Positions 26,030 to 38,773 of a stretch of DNA of 64,000 bases are shown here, piece by piece (within the stretch, counting starts at the first letter, position 1; every line of letters starts with the position of its first letter). Under the pieces are notes generated by a model that was given only the letters and a program-made list of their open reading frames with translations, was not told the DNA's origin and searched no databases. A program made the translations under genes and the position numbers. Source of the stretch: Tubulanus polymorphus (taxonomy: Eukaryota; Animalia; Nemertea); contig NC_134036.1 of assembly GCF_964204645.1 (NCBI RefSeq), forward strand, positions 1,240,001 to 1,304,000, read 5' to 3'.

Positions 26030-26112
26030 TGGAGAACCCGGGCATCGATCCCGGAACTTCCACCAGGTTGAAACAGAAAATATGAAGTTAAAAAAATCTG
26101 AGCTAGTGCCCC
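26030..26112 (-). pseudogene. tRNA-Ala pseudogene with its central part replaced
   Basis: 5' end GGGGCACTAGCTCAGAT and 3' T-arm/acceptor CCGGGATCGATGCCCGGGTTCTCCA are retained. The 3' D-arm and anticodon arm are replaced by ~38 nt of unrelated sequence. Confidence 0.8.
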
Positions 26113-26202
26113 GATCTGTAGTTCCCTTGTTATGTTACATCTGGGTGTCCGGTCTTGGTGCGTCTACCTAACTATTGTAGGGTTTGACAAAAAAGATTGC
26201 CT

Positions 26203-26275
26203 TGGAGAACCCGGGCATCGATCCCGGTACCTCTCGCATGCTAAGCGAGCGCTCTACCATCTGAGCTAGTTCCCC
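26203..26275 (-). tRNA. trnA: tRNA-Ala(AGC)
   Basis: GGGGAACTAGCTCAGATGGTAGAGCGCTCGCTTAGCATGCGAGAGGTACCGGGATCGATGCCCGGGTTCTCCA; cloverleaf, G3:U70, A73, T-run terminator downstream. Confidence 0.97.
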
Positions 26276-26350
26276 TGTCATAACATCGCCTGGTAGTCAC
26301 AAGTTTGTCTGTCCTCACTAAATGTTGGGGTTTGAACAAAACAATTTGTA

Positions 26351-26423
26351 TGGAGAACCCGGGCATCGATCCCGGTACCTCTCGCATGCAAAGCGAGCGC
26401 TCTACCATCTGAGCTAGTTCCCC
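26351..26423 (-). tRNA. trnA: tRNA-Ala(TGC)
   Basis: Identical to the AGC gene except position 34 (loop TTTGCAT). Confidence 0.96.
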
Positions 26424-26676
26424 TGTTGGCATTGACCGCCGTGACGCGTGTCTGGGTACTGATGACCGCATTTAGGGAATAGAACGCATTCTAAGATCTC
26501 GTGTGGCCTGGAACTACCTACGTATTTCCATCAGCTTTTAATGGAAGTGCTGATAACGAAATATCTCAGGTGAAGCACTGAACACAATATGTAAAGTGTT
26601 GACGATCATGGAAGAAATATCGATTATCCCTAGTAGGTTTAGACTGCAGACCCTAGTCTGTTAAAATTTATATTCC

Positions 26677-26885
26677 CGGGGTCGCAGTGGCGCTAAAGTT
26701 GGTTGAAGATAACCGGCGGATAAATACCATGTCCCGGTTCCACTGTTGGGAGTTAAAATCATTTTATTTTCGTTGTTTTGAATAACGTCGGTCCTGTTAT
26801 TTTCCATAAACTTTCAATTGTCGCTACTTCATTCTATCCGTTTGGTTAACTCTAACCAACTTTTGACCGACTGCAGCGCCCCCTG
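26677..26885. mobile_element. MITE family D copy with ~70-bp internal insertion
   Basis: aaagttggttgaagataacc ... ggttaactctaaccaactttt inverted ends. Confidence 0.6.
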
Positions 26886-27319
26886 TATGGACTGTTGCAT
26901 GAAAGTTGAGTGCGTTGTCGGAAACGTTTTAGAAATTGTTGTTCTTTTCTGAAATCGACTGTGACCATGGAACGCAGGACGTTCCACAACACGTTTGCTG
27001 TTGTCTCGTGTCGTGTGTCGTGTGTCGTGTGTCGTGTGTCGGTCTATACTTGTGAAAATATATCCAGTCATTTTTAGTCGAAGGATTCGAGGTCAAAACA
27101 AAGTTGTAATTTATGGTTTGCGACTTTCTTTGTCGTTGGTCCTGTTTGACTCTAATGCCAACGGCATTCTCCTTTTTTTAGGTCAATGTATTATTTGAGT
27201 TTTTGTTTATGAGACCCATTTTTAATGCGTCCTCGAAGATTATATTGTTCTATTCGAACGTTATAAATAATTTTCTTCGTGATAAATATCTTTATATTTT
27301 CGTAAGTGGAATTTTTCCG

Positions 27320-27720
27320 AAGGGAGAGGGATAGGGAGGGGAGAGGGAGAGGGAGAGGGAGAGAAGGAGGGAGGGAGGGAGAGAGGGAGAGAGATGAGAG
27401 GGAGAGAGGGGTAACTATGTGCCAATACCAGCTGCAGAGAGAGAGAGGAGAGGGAGAGAGGAGAAAAAGAGAGTGGAGAGAGAGAGAGAGAGAAAGGGAG
27501 CGGAGAGAGAGATAGGGAGAGGGGAGAGGAGAGGAGAGAGAGAGGGACAGGGAAGGAGAGGGGGAGGGAGAGAAGGAGGGAGAGAGGGGGGACAGGGAAT
27601 GAGAGGGCTAGCGAGAGGAGAGAGGGGCATGGAGATAATGGAGAGCGAGGGAGAGGTGGTCGAACGGATCGGAAAGAGGAGAAAGAGAGAGGGAGAGGTC
27701 GGATGGAGAGAGGTGCCTAA
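27320..27720. repeat. GA-rich polypurine low-complexity tract
   Basis: Degenerate (GA)n/(GGA)n. A (tcgtgtg)n run lies at 27004-27041. Confidence 0.9.
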
Positions 27721-27949
27721 GGCGGGTTTGGGAAAGGATGGCTAGTTCTAAAAAAACCATCATGATTCAAACAGTCTGTTGTAGACAGTGAGTCTGTCTC
27801 GTCATATTTCGCCACGATGGATGGATTATCTCTCAAAATAAACTCGCGTGATTAAATATCGGGCCAAATCTGGCGAATAATTCCGATAAACTCCGCGCAT
27901 GGCACAAAATGACATCCACGCAGCATAGCAAATAACAGATCAGGATTTA

Positions 27950-28225
27950 CCGGGTCAAACCGCAAAAATAGAATTTGTAATCAGTTCATTTCTACAACTG
28001 CTGGGTCTGTTTTCACCAAGAACCTTAGTTTCTGATGTACCACTGGGTTATTTGGGATCGTAGAGCGACGGAGGTGGAGACAAACACTGCCAGGACTTGG
28101 TGAAGCTATGTTATTGTTAGCTTGATCATGATTAGAAAAAAGTAATGTACATAATAGATAGGCTATACGGGCTGGGTCAACTTTTAATCAAGCCCAGCAG
28201 AAACGAGGAGAAACAAGGTATCAAT
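27950..28225 (+). mobile_element. MITE family A copy with a nested ~93-bp element (28012-28104, ends TTCACCAAG/CTTGGTGAA)
   Basis: The host sequence ctgggtctgtt|attgttagcttgatcatg is split by the insert. The insert end resembles 60560-60600 in reverse. Confidence 0.65.
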
Positions 28226-28754
28226 CTTTAACCTACAGATTAATGAGACGACTGGGAACCGCGGGACCGTATTAGTTTTTGGCGTCGTTCGCTGAGGTCA
28301 CTGTGAAATAAAGCAGAAGGTCAACAGTCATAATTCATCACTTTCGAACGCAACATCGTTTTTTGTCGTCGATTTTCACGGTACCGTCTCCTATACGGTT
28401 TACCTGTCGTCTGTCGCTAATCAGATTCAACCGAATCTCATCTCGTCTGCTCTGCGTCAACCGTATTAACCTCGTTCATTTATTTTTCGACGACTATTTT
28501 CGCCCCGTTTTTTTTTTCTTCTATGAATTTCTGATTTTATTAATCTCTCGCGCAGACGACACAGGTCCGCTGATACTCAATAATAACTAATTGACTATAA
28601 ATCATTGTTACCAGGGGGACGACAACAATGTGTGAATCTACGTCATTAGTTTTCAGTGCGTGAACATTTTTTGTCATTCTCTCACAGAATTTCATGTCTT
28701 TCGACGTAGCTGGTCTCTCAGTGGTGTCCTACTGATTCCACTTCACCAGAATGC

Positions 28755-29092
28755 TTGGACATCAACAGCCTGAGAGCTCTCCCTGTTCAGCTGGTATCTC
28801 GTCAAGCCCTTGGGCAGCCTCAACACGTCCCCTGAACTTTTGGACATCAACAGCCGGAGAACTATTTAGCTGGTATCTCATCGAGCTCTTGGACAGCCTC
28901 GACACATCATCAGGACGTTTGGACATCAACAGCCTGACAACTGTTCAGCTGGTATCTCAAGTCCTCGAACAGCCTCGACCCGTCATCAGGATATCGTTTG
29001 GACATCAACAGCCTGAGAACTATTTAGCTGGTCATCAAGCCCTTGGACAGCCTCGACACTTCACCTTGACGCTCGGATATCAACAGCCGAGG
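28755..29092. repeat. ~79-bp tandem repeat, four full copies plus a partial fifth
   Basis: ttggacatcaacagcc starts at 28755, 28840, 28919 and 28998, with a variant at 29073. Confidence 0.85.
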
Positions 29093-29732
29093 AAATCCAC
29101 TTCACACTTGGACACAGAGACTGAATAGGGTCGTGGGGCATCACTTGTGGATCTTGGCAAATCATTGAGATCCACCCACCAATGTAACAGATATCACTGA
29201 CAATCTACAGACATACTGCTCCAACAGACAGAAGCTTCCATCAATCACATGGCATTGAAAGCTAGAGATACCTTGAGAGATGCACATCAACACGGCTACT
29301 GCAGATAACGGCCATTAATTCACGCGTACAATATTTATATATGTACATGTACATATTTATGGCTCTTAGGAAAGACATTGTTGCATAAAATATAGATTGG
29401 ATACAAATAAAACGTATTAATGGAGATAGATTTACGGTCGGACAATGGAGGGCAATAAACGAATATTATAATCAAACGTATATTTCAACTCCTGGTTTAT
29501 TTAACAGTGCAGTAAACCTTGCCTTACCGGGACGTTGCCAATTCTGACCTGCGACACTACAACTGGGGCGCAGACAACTTTGACATGACATGTGTGACGA
29601 TAACTGGGGAATGTACAATTCTGACCTGTGTCACTACGACTGGGACCAAAAGTACAATTTTCTGATAACAATTGTCTGTAGTTTCACCTTGATCTGTCCT
29701 CACTGAATGTCGGGTTTGACAAAAAGAATAAT

Positions 29733-29805
29733 TGGAGAACCCGGGCATCGATCCCGGTACCTCTCGCATGCTAAGCGAGCGCTCTACCATCTGAGCTAGT
29801 TCCCC
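29733..29805 (-). tRNA. trnA: tRNA-Ala(AGC)
   Basis: Identical to 26203-26275; T-run terminator downstream. Confidence 0.97.
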
Positions 29806-29884
29806 AGACATACTATGACCATGTTTTCTCACGCGGGCCTGTTCTCACTAAATGTCGGGTTTGGCGAAAAAGAATCTAAAGCTA

Positions 29885-29957
29885 TGGAGAACCCGGGCAT
29901 CGATCCCGGTACCTCTCGCATGCAAAGCGAGCGCTCTACCATCTGAGCTAGTTCCCC
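29885..29957 (-). tRNA. trnA: tRNA-Ala(TGC)
   Basis: Identical to 26351-26423. Confidence 0.96.
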
Positions 29958-31581
29958 TGTCCATACACTGACTAGTGTGACGTGTCTCGAAAATATAAAC
30001 TAAATGATTTTCTGATTTTCAAATTAATTTTGTGATCCATGGCAGTTTAACGAACTTTCCTATTGTCGTCAGACCGATCTTGCTGCGCTTCCTGCAGTTT
30101 GACCGAGTATCGGTGTTGCGGGGTCATAATAGCTGGGACATAACATTTCTACAAATCAAAATAATGCCCAGTCGATTCTACTGAGGCATTGAAATAATTG
30201 TAGAAATCAAATGTCAAATCTGGTGTCTTTTTTGGGGACACACATTCTCGAGAGAAATAGTAAAAAAACTTCTTCTTCTGGCGCCAGTTACTTTCCAATC
30301 AATAACCGATAAATTCCCACCGATTTCGAAGAATCGCGTCGCGCTCATTCAACAATACGCGTCGGTTATATTTCCGTAGTAACACAGTAACGATATACAA
30401 CGACTATTTAAATCATATCGATAACGATATTTCTGATATTTCCGGCTGATTAAATATCTGATATTTCACGTCTGCCGTTTCAGCCGTTTGAGCGCCGTCA
30501 AAGACAATACGTGCGCGACGCATTACTGTTTCTCGGTATTCCGCCGCGGGGCCTTCTCACTGCGCTGTACTCACGCTCCGCAGCGCATTAATACATTATT
30601 AGTCCGTCTGAAATGTGATAAATGTTTCGATCGTTGATACGAGCGAGATTAAACGAGATTTAACGACAATTGACGAGACACGACAATTATGTACCTATTT
30701 AAATGAAGTATATTTACAAAGCACACGAATTTCTTCCGGTTTCGATGCCCGTTTCCGTTTTCGAAGCTGTAGTCGCCATCTTGAAACGGAAACGCCACCA
30801 TCTTGAAAAAATTACTAAATTTGATTTAAAAACATGATTTGAAGTGGTTTTTGTTGCGCTGCTTTTTTGTGCACATTGTATTTCGAAGGGGGCGCCACCT
30901 GTAAATAATTACACAATTCACAAAACGATACCAACAAGGTTTACATTTTTTTGGCACTAAATTCTTAAAGCTTCATTCGTAATTTGGCAACAAATGAGGG
31001 GAACACTATTATAGGCAATGTCACGTGGTATCGATCGGTTTTATTTCGCGGACGTCATCCATTTTTTTTCTCTCCCCACATCCGGTTTTGATTATAGGTG
31101 GGTTGGATTCCGGCATCTCAATCCGGATGTGGAACATCCGTTTTTTAGTGAAATCCCATACAATTATCATCGGTACTTGGTGATTTACGTCTCACGGTTA
31201 CGAAGTGTCACATTAATTTTCTCGACTCCGAGATCAAAGCGTTCTTCGACTCTGCGCGGGTATTAAAGTTACGAAGCGTAAATTTGAAACCATTTGACGG
31301 GTCTCCGGTGACTAGTAGACGATCTTTCAGACCTTAAAAAGATTATCAGGAATTTTTGATATGAATACAAGAGGAGTCGCCTTACCTGCAGAGACTGTTA
31401 GAATGATAGTACAGAGTATGGTGTCCATGTATGATCAGATTCAGGAACATCTTCAGCATTGACTGTTTATCCGGAACAGGCACTCAAATCGAAGAATTGA
31501 ACCGAGGGAGGGTTGGGGCGGGGACGGGGAGTTCATTACCGCGAGTGATAGTTAACTTTCAGATGGACTTGTCCTCGTTGT

Positions 31582-31920
31582 CAGAGAAGAGAGAGTTGGG
31601 AGAGAGGGTGCGAGAGAGAGAGAGGTAGAGATAGGGAGAGAGGAGAGGGGAGAGGATAGAGATAGGGGGAGAGGAGAGGGAGATGGAGAGGGAGAGGGAT
31701 AGAGATAGGGAGAGAGGAGAGGATAGAGATAGGGAGAGAGGAGAGGGAGAGGGAGATGGAGAGAGAGAGGGAGAGAGATATAGGGAGAGAGAGAGAGAGA
31801 GAGGGGAGAGAGGGAGAGAGTGGAGAGAGGGAGAGAGATAGGGAGAGAGAGAGTTTTAGGGCGAGGGGGAGAGAGAGGGGGCAAGGTGAGAGATAGAGAG
31901 AGAGGGGAGAGAGGGGAGAG
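31582..31920. repeat. GA-rich polypurine tract
   Basis: Degenerate (GA)n with gatagagatagggagagaggagag sub-repeats. Confidence 0.9.
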
Positions 31921-33519
31921 GTGATCAGCACTTTAATTCCTCGAACTAACCGGTTTATTCCCTGTGTTGTCTGCGACAGTGGAGCGTGGTTCCACTAGCA
32001 GATCGTTTCTATTTGTTAATCAAAGCTGTGATAACGCTTTGGATTTATTTAGCTTGAATTATTCAAGCCTCTCCTCTTCACTCTCCTCTTCACTCTCCTC
32101 TCACACAATTTAGTCTCTAATCGAACTAACGGTTTGTTCGGTGTCAACAAACATAATCATTAGCGCGCGCCATCCGAGCCAAGGTCGACTGGGGCTGTTT
32201 TGTATATTGTACACTGTGTTACTAATTATTTGAATTTCCAATTTAACGACATCCAGCAAGCGTTTATTTGAAATTCAAATTTAACGGTTTCGTTACCGAT
32301 TTGCGTAAAACGTGTTTTTAAACCTAGTTGAACCTGAGTTTATTATGGAAATACAAGCTAATATTGGAGAGTTTGATTTTTCTTCCCGGAATTATTGCAT
32401 TCACCATTAAAAGCTATTTTCCTGTGACCAACAGATTGGGGGGCTCGGAATTTGGGGTCCAAAATATCGAACCTTGAATCAAACAGATTCTTTAGTATTA
32501 AATCGAAATAAATGAATTTGGAAATCACATATCTGTTGCTGGAAACAATACATTGGGAGGCTTGATTTTGAAATGAGAATTTTGAGAACAAAATGTCTAT
32601 TTTGAACCGAGAATTTCTCGTACAAACACGAGGTACATATTGGATATATGTGTAACGTGCAATTTGGCGCCTGCCGCAAATTTTCCACTTTTAACTAATT
32701 TTTATAGATTGAACGAATCGGCGCGCGATCAATGTTCGGCGCTTCATCGTGTCTTTATAGCATCGTCGGTTACTCCTAGATTAGATTTATGTGTTTACCC
32801 GTTTAGTTCGTGTGGAGTATATTGTAATAAAACCCGAGAGTAACTCTTACTCCGATAGTTTATCGCGTCCTTATATCGGCGGAGTGATTTATCTATGGGG
32901 TGTGGTGCGGTTTGAGGAGGGGAAGTTTTGATTAGATTCCTTTGTTTTGTTGATAAGATGAATTTCCTGTTTTAACACGGGTTTAACAGTACAGCGGAAC
33001 ATGAATTATTTCTATCGGACAATTTCGAGTTGGCTGCGTCCTTCTATGGTATCATCAAATTATCAGAGTTTTTGAACCTTATAACTACGATCTAGAGAAT
33101 ATTATTCTGAATGATTATCGAGTTTTTCTACTGGATAATTTCCAGTTGGCGGTCGCCATTTTGTTCTTTTTATTTCCGTACAAAATCTCTAGAGGAAACA
33201 CAACGCGAAGAGTCGAAACAATTTGACAGAAAGGCTCGAAAATTGATACCTTGAAACACCTTTTATCATATAAACAGAGGAAGTAGTTCTAAAAATCAAC
33301 AAGCGGTTCCAATCTTGGTTGATTTTTTACTTTAATAGTAGTTTGTGACATTTGAAATGAATTTGGAATTCCACATTAGCTTAGCCCAGAAATTCTACAT
33401 TTTTTTCGCAGGCGTCAAATAATTTTCTAAAATTAATTTTCTTGTTTACTTTAATAGTAGGTTGTGAAATTTGAAATGAATTATTGTAACCTGATATTTG
33501 AAATAACTGAAAATGAAGC

Positions 33520-33640
33520 TCAGGACTAATGTTCCACTGCTACGAGTTGACTTTGCTTCCTATGAGTTGAAATCAGTTCATTTTCAATTACTTCAACTCT
33601 TAAGAAGCAATGTCAACTCTAAACCATGGATTCGAGCCCA
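33520..33640. mobile_element. Small hairpin MITE
   Basis: Arms gagttgactttgcttcctatgagttgaa / ttcaactcttaagaagcaatgtcaactc. Confidence 0.6.
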
Positions 33641-33664
33641 ATAACGAGTGAGATAAGGACAACA

Positions 33665-33865
33665 AACTGATATATTGTTTCTCTCATTTCTGCTGGGCTC
33701 AAAAGTTGACACGACTGGCCGCCATTCTACCCTGTGCATTACTTTAAAACAAATCATGATCAAGCTAACAATAACAGAACCGGGAGTTGAAGAGATGAAC
33801 TGATAACAAATTATAATGCATTTTACAAAATGGACCGGCCGATTTGGAGAAACAAGGTATCAATT
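33665..33865 (-). mobile_element. MITE family A copy
   Basis: Reverse-orientation homologue of 1456-1656, same 201-bp length. Confidence 0.7.
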
Positions 33866-36800
33866 CTATTCTACCACAAATATCATCATATTTTAGTGGG
33901 TTTTTATCTTAGCCTGAGCGACAAACGGACAAACGTGAAAATACGGAATGTGCAACCACAATTCTCGCAACTCGCTAGAAAAGGGTTAACACTCATTCAC
34001 AGTCGCCCGGGGTCGATTCAAATTTCATTTCCTATCGGTGTTAAGCGTGAGAAGAACGGGACGGCTCCGAACGATCGATCGATACCGCGGGCTGCCGGTA
34101 AACCGCACACGCGTGCGCGAGCGAGCGAGCACGGTGCGCGTCAGCGGTATCTTTAGTTAATAGCTCTTCTGTACGACTGAATTCCCGCGGGGGTCTCCAG
34201 AAGAGGATGATTCGCGAGCTGGGAAAAGACAATAATGTTGTAATAATTTGATTCGCGAACGACTCGACTCGTCGTTCATATTACGAGATCTGATGATTTT
34301 TTTTTTATCCGCCAGTTTCAAAGGCATCGGCGGCAGCGGCGGTACGTTTCAGTCGGCATTTAAACGGCGAGTCGTAATAGTGATACGGGAACAAATATTG
34401 CCGACGCGTTCGTATGCGTAATCAGAAATCATTTTTGGACATTTTCGTTTATGTGAAGTTAAAATCTTTAAATTTCGTCTCATGGTTTAGAAAAAAATAT
34501 GTATACGAATATTGATCCTGTATGGCGGATAGAAAACCGTTGAATCGCGTCCTCTCCCCCAGTTCGGTTCCTACAGCTAGTTTATGTAATACCGGCGCCT
34601 GCTGGGGGTTCGCTCTCTTATCGGAGCTAATTAGTATCGATTTCTATTGTTACGTATTTTTACGATACAAGTAACGTATACGTTATCCAACAATTACAAC
34701 TGTTGTAGTAGCTATGAAACCTAGAGACGCTTACACTGTTGGCGAATGTGAAGAATTCTGATGATCAATGATACATTGTAATACTACAATGATTTACATT
34801 ATAGTATTTAGCAGACGTTAAGCGGGCTGCAAAATGTAACGCTGGATTCTATTTTACGTTGAACTCGATGGTGTAATTGCTAAATTGGTAACAACATGTT
34901 TTCAATGAGGACAAAAATTCAAATTTAACCGTTTTTTAAACTTATAGACTTTTCCATGAAACTTGAACCTCACTGCGAAACCGTCCATATTTTGATCTTT
35001 TGAAATTTAACCGTTTTGCGCGACAATTCAATCTGTTTTAAGCTTGTCCAATTGTCTCACTAGATCTTCGTCTAAAAGAAGTTCCTTTTGTATTAATATT
35101 GTGAAGACATGATTTAGGCGTTTTCACAATTCGAGAGGTACACGGTCTTAATACGAACCCTGAAAATACCCCCAAAAAAACTTTGTGTCCACGCGAGTCG
35201 AAAATGTGTTAGCCCCCAGTTAGAATTCGATCTCAAATCAACAACCGATGGAATCTGAAAGATAACAAAAGAGTCTACTTTTTACTCAAATTGAATTGGA
35301 GAAGCAAAGACTATAATACATTTCATTACATTTCTAGAAATTTGAATATTGTTTCTATGCCATTTAACGGATAGTTTTTAATCGCCCAACAATGGCCCCG
35401 ATGGCTTTTGACAAGCCCACGCGTGATTATAGGAGCGTCTTCGAAATCAGGTTTTAAAGTTTTTTCCAATTTCTGTCTCAAGCCACAACACGAACTCGTA
35501 TTTCTTCAAAGTCGTCTGTGGCACTTTTAACGGAATCGGATCCGTTTCGATAATATTTCAACACCTCTGAAGTTTTAAATTACGCACTTGACTTTTTTGT
35601 CCTTTTAAAATTTGAAACTTCCTCTTCAAACGAGGTGTATTGTTGCTAGGATTTTTTGTACCCGTAGGTTGTTAAGGAAACGCATCAAACGCTCTGATGT
35701 AATCTGATCGTTTGTCAGAATGGGGAAGTTTCATTTTTGTTAAAAAAGTTCTTCCAATGTATTTAAAGTAATTCTCCCCTGAAAAACAAAAAAAATTCAA
35801 ATTATATATAGATATATTTATTATACATCTTTCCCAAAAATTCTTCGTTTGGTTGACATGTGACTTTGGATTTTTCATTAAGAATCCCTCTTCATCGCAA
35901 CCGATTCAAAATAAAGTTTATTCAGATTCAAGTCTTACTTAAAAGTGAAATTTGAATTCGGCGGAATGACGCACCGACCGTTACGGGTTCCGGAGTTGTG
36001 TTAGATATGCGATGCGCTGGACAAAGCGCATGTCGACTCGAGTCACGGGGAGTCAGTCAGATACATCGTTTGGCAGCGGCAGCAGCAGCGACAGCGACAG
36101 CGACAGCAGCAGTGGTATTACTTACACTACTTATCTGTGGCTGACGTTACAATATTATCATCATATACTCCGTATAATATATTTATAACGTAAACTGACT
36201 GAAAATCGGTAACATGGATTCAGAATTCGGGGTTCGAACCTGAACATTTGAGACGCGTAATACGCTTATAATAGCAGATGTTACCGTTTCTGAAAGTGAT
36301 TTGTCGTGATGCGATTTGTCCTGCGAGATAAATCTATTCTATTTGGGAACGTTGACAGTTTCTAACTGCGCGTTTTCCGTCGTCGTTGCCAACGTATATA
36401 CCGTCGACGTTACTTTACGTTAACGCTAGCGACGTAAAGTAACGTAAGAGTGTCTCGCGCTGTGAGATCGACCGTCACTTTTAACATCGCGAACAGGCGT
36501 CCGACGAACAGACGATTGAGTCGTCTGCCGAGAGATTTCTGCCGTTAATTTTGTCGTGAGTTTAAAGAGGATTTTTATATTCTTGATTGACGATTTTTTT
36601 TCGAAATCGTTAATAAGCGCGAGCTGTAAAACATTGGAAAATTCTTATTGGCACCGAGCCAAGAATAAACGTTGTTTAGTGCCACCGGACCCGTTTGTTG
36701 TCGGTGCTTTTGAACTTTAAATTCGGTTCAAATTTCAACGATCCAAATTTTGTTTTTGGAATCAAAATCTCCTCGAATTGATATCAGCGTACAACCCGTT

Positions 36801-37649
36801 ACAGCGGCATCGCGGGGGATTTTATTGTTCCAATACCAATTAGTGAATTAATTAATTAATTTGTCGAACAGAGTGTATGATTAATTAGGGATGATAATAA
36901 CTTATTATTGGCACCGAGTCAAGAATTAACGTTGCTTAGTTTCGCTGGAGCCGTTTGTTGTCGGCGCTTTTGAATTTCGAATTCGGTGCGAATTTCAACG
37001 GTCAAAATTTAAGTATACTAACGTGTTCGTTCATCATTCTCCAGTTCATTCGCAATCGGAACTTTTTCGAACCGAGATATCTCGATAAAACTGTTTATAG
37101 CGCCAACCATTCGTTCCTGAAAACACAAACAAACGACTAAATCCGGTGAAACATTTTTTTTCGAAGCGGCGGCAACAACTACGAAAATATAAGCATATTT
37201 CGCGTGGTCGTTATTTTCGCGTGGTAGATATTTTCGCGTGTTATATGCGTCGTTCTCGCGACGGGAGCTGTGTCGGTGCGCGCGCGCGTGTGAGAGAATT
37301 TCGAAACAGAGTGATTGTGTATTCAGGAGGGATAGCGCGAGTAACCAGGCAGCAGGGTCAACAACAAAGGCGGTTCGTTAACGGAAACTAGAAGTTTGAA
37401 ATAAAATTAGATTATTTAAAAATCTAACCGAAGCTCGCGGAGTTTAGGGGATTAAAATTCCGAATCCGACCCGTTTTTCATAAATATTTAATTGATTTTG
37501 AGCCGAATCTTTTTTTGTGTGAGCGGCTCCGACAATTTTGAATTTCGTAGAATTTTCGGATCGCGCGGAATAAGACGCGTTGGTAACCTCCCTCTCTGTG
37601 GGTGACTCTCACTCACTCGCGTTTCTCGGAAATCAACGTCAAGGCAACA

Positions 37650-37935
37650 ATGAAATCCGTTACCACTACCCATCGGTGTCGCCGAGCAACGACGGATTCG
37701 AGCGTCGATAATGACGTGGACGACGACGTAACAATGGAACGAAGAAAGTTTTACGCGAACTTGACGACGACGACGACGACGAATTGCGTAACGAATATCC
37801 GGGAACCAGTCTCGTCAGCGCGTAACAACCGGGAACCAGTCTCGACCAGGTTCCGCGGTCTGCAGTTGTTAACGATGAATTCGTCGATGATATTTATAAC
37901 GTTGTTATTGGTAATTAGTGCGACTCAATCGCAAG
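37650..37935 (+). CDS. First coding exon of a probable secreted or cell-surface protein (signal peptide exon)
   Basis: In-frame ATGs at 37650, 37734 and 37875. Ends ...MNSSMIFITLLLVISATQSQ followed by a strong phase-1 donor CAAG|gtaagc. CpG-rich promoter-like sequence at 37200-37330. Downstream exons not identified. Confidence 0.6.
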
Positions 37936-38773
37936 GTAAGCTCACACCACGATCCCGATAGTGTTTAGAATAATTGTGTTTCATCTCAGGGTTGGAAGAA
38001 TCCGAATTATGTATTTTCGTCCTTTTTCAATTACTACATGTGTCGAATTAACAGTTGAGAAGATAGATATGACTTTGGGCCGAAGGAAACCTGCGAAAAT
38101 AGCCCGGATGTTTTAGAAATCTTTTTGGATATTTAGGCATGTTTTTCTGGTAAACGCAAGTTCTATTTGGCTTTTAGGCGAGTTTTAAAAAGTTTTTGAG
38201 GCGAGTTTTTCCGTCGATTAGGCGAGTTTTTCTCTTCGAATATAATCGATGGGCGGGAGGGGTTTCAGGGTCGGATACTATTTTCACTTTTCGATCATCG
38301 GGGGGAAATATCGAATTTGATAATGCGCCCCCGAGAAAAATCTGGAAATAAAAAAAGAAAATGAAGCCTTTGGATGCGAAAAAAATGTAAAATAAGAAAT
38401 TTTAACGTAAAAAATATAGCCGCAAAGCAGCCATAATGGGTTTCAGCATTCGGCATAATCGGTCATCTTGTATGTGTTTCGTTTTACATTCATCTAATTC
38501 TAGTTCAATATTCATCTAGGACGCCTCCGAGTTAAATATTCATCTTATTCTAGGACGCTTCCGAGTCAGATTGGACCCCTCCGATTTTAGTATCATCTAA
38601 TCCGATTTTAATATTATCTTATTCTAGGACCCCTTGAAAAATCAATTCATCCTTTATTCTCATCTAATTCTAGGAAGTTCCGCTGTAAGAACAAACTATT
38701 ATTGTCGTTTCCAATTTAACAATAGAAATTGTACCCTATCAGTATCTATGGTAATATTATCCGCGGGAGATTG

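Noticed and set aside
26241-26471. ORFs containing GELAQMVERSL (also 29557-29832)
   Set aside because: Translations of tRNA genes.
27306-27745. Arg/Glu/Gly-rich and Leu/Ser/Pro-rich ORFs here and at 31552-31931, 44565-45119, 47197-47662
   Set aside because: Translations of GA/CT low-complexity tracts.
36644-37005. Local diverged duplications (also 23100-23320, 33326-33482, 40540-41000, 62462-62550)
   Set aside because: Ordinary short tandem duplications with no further structure.
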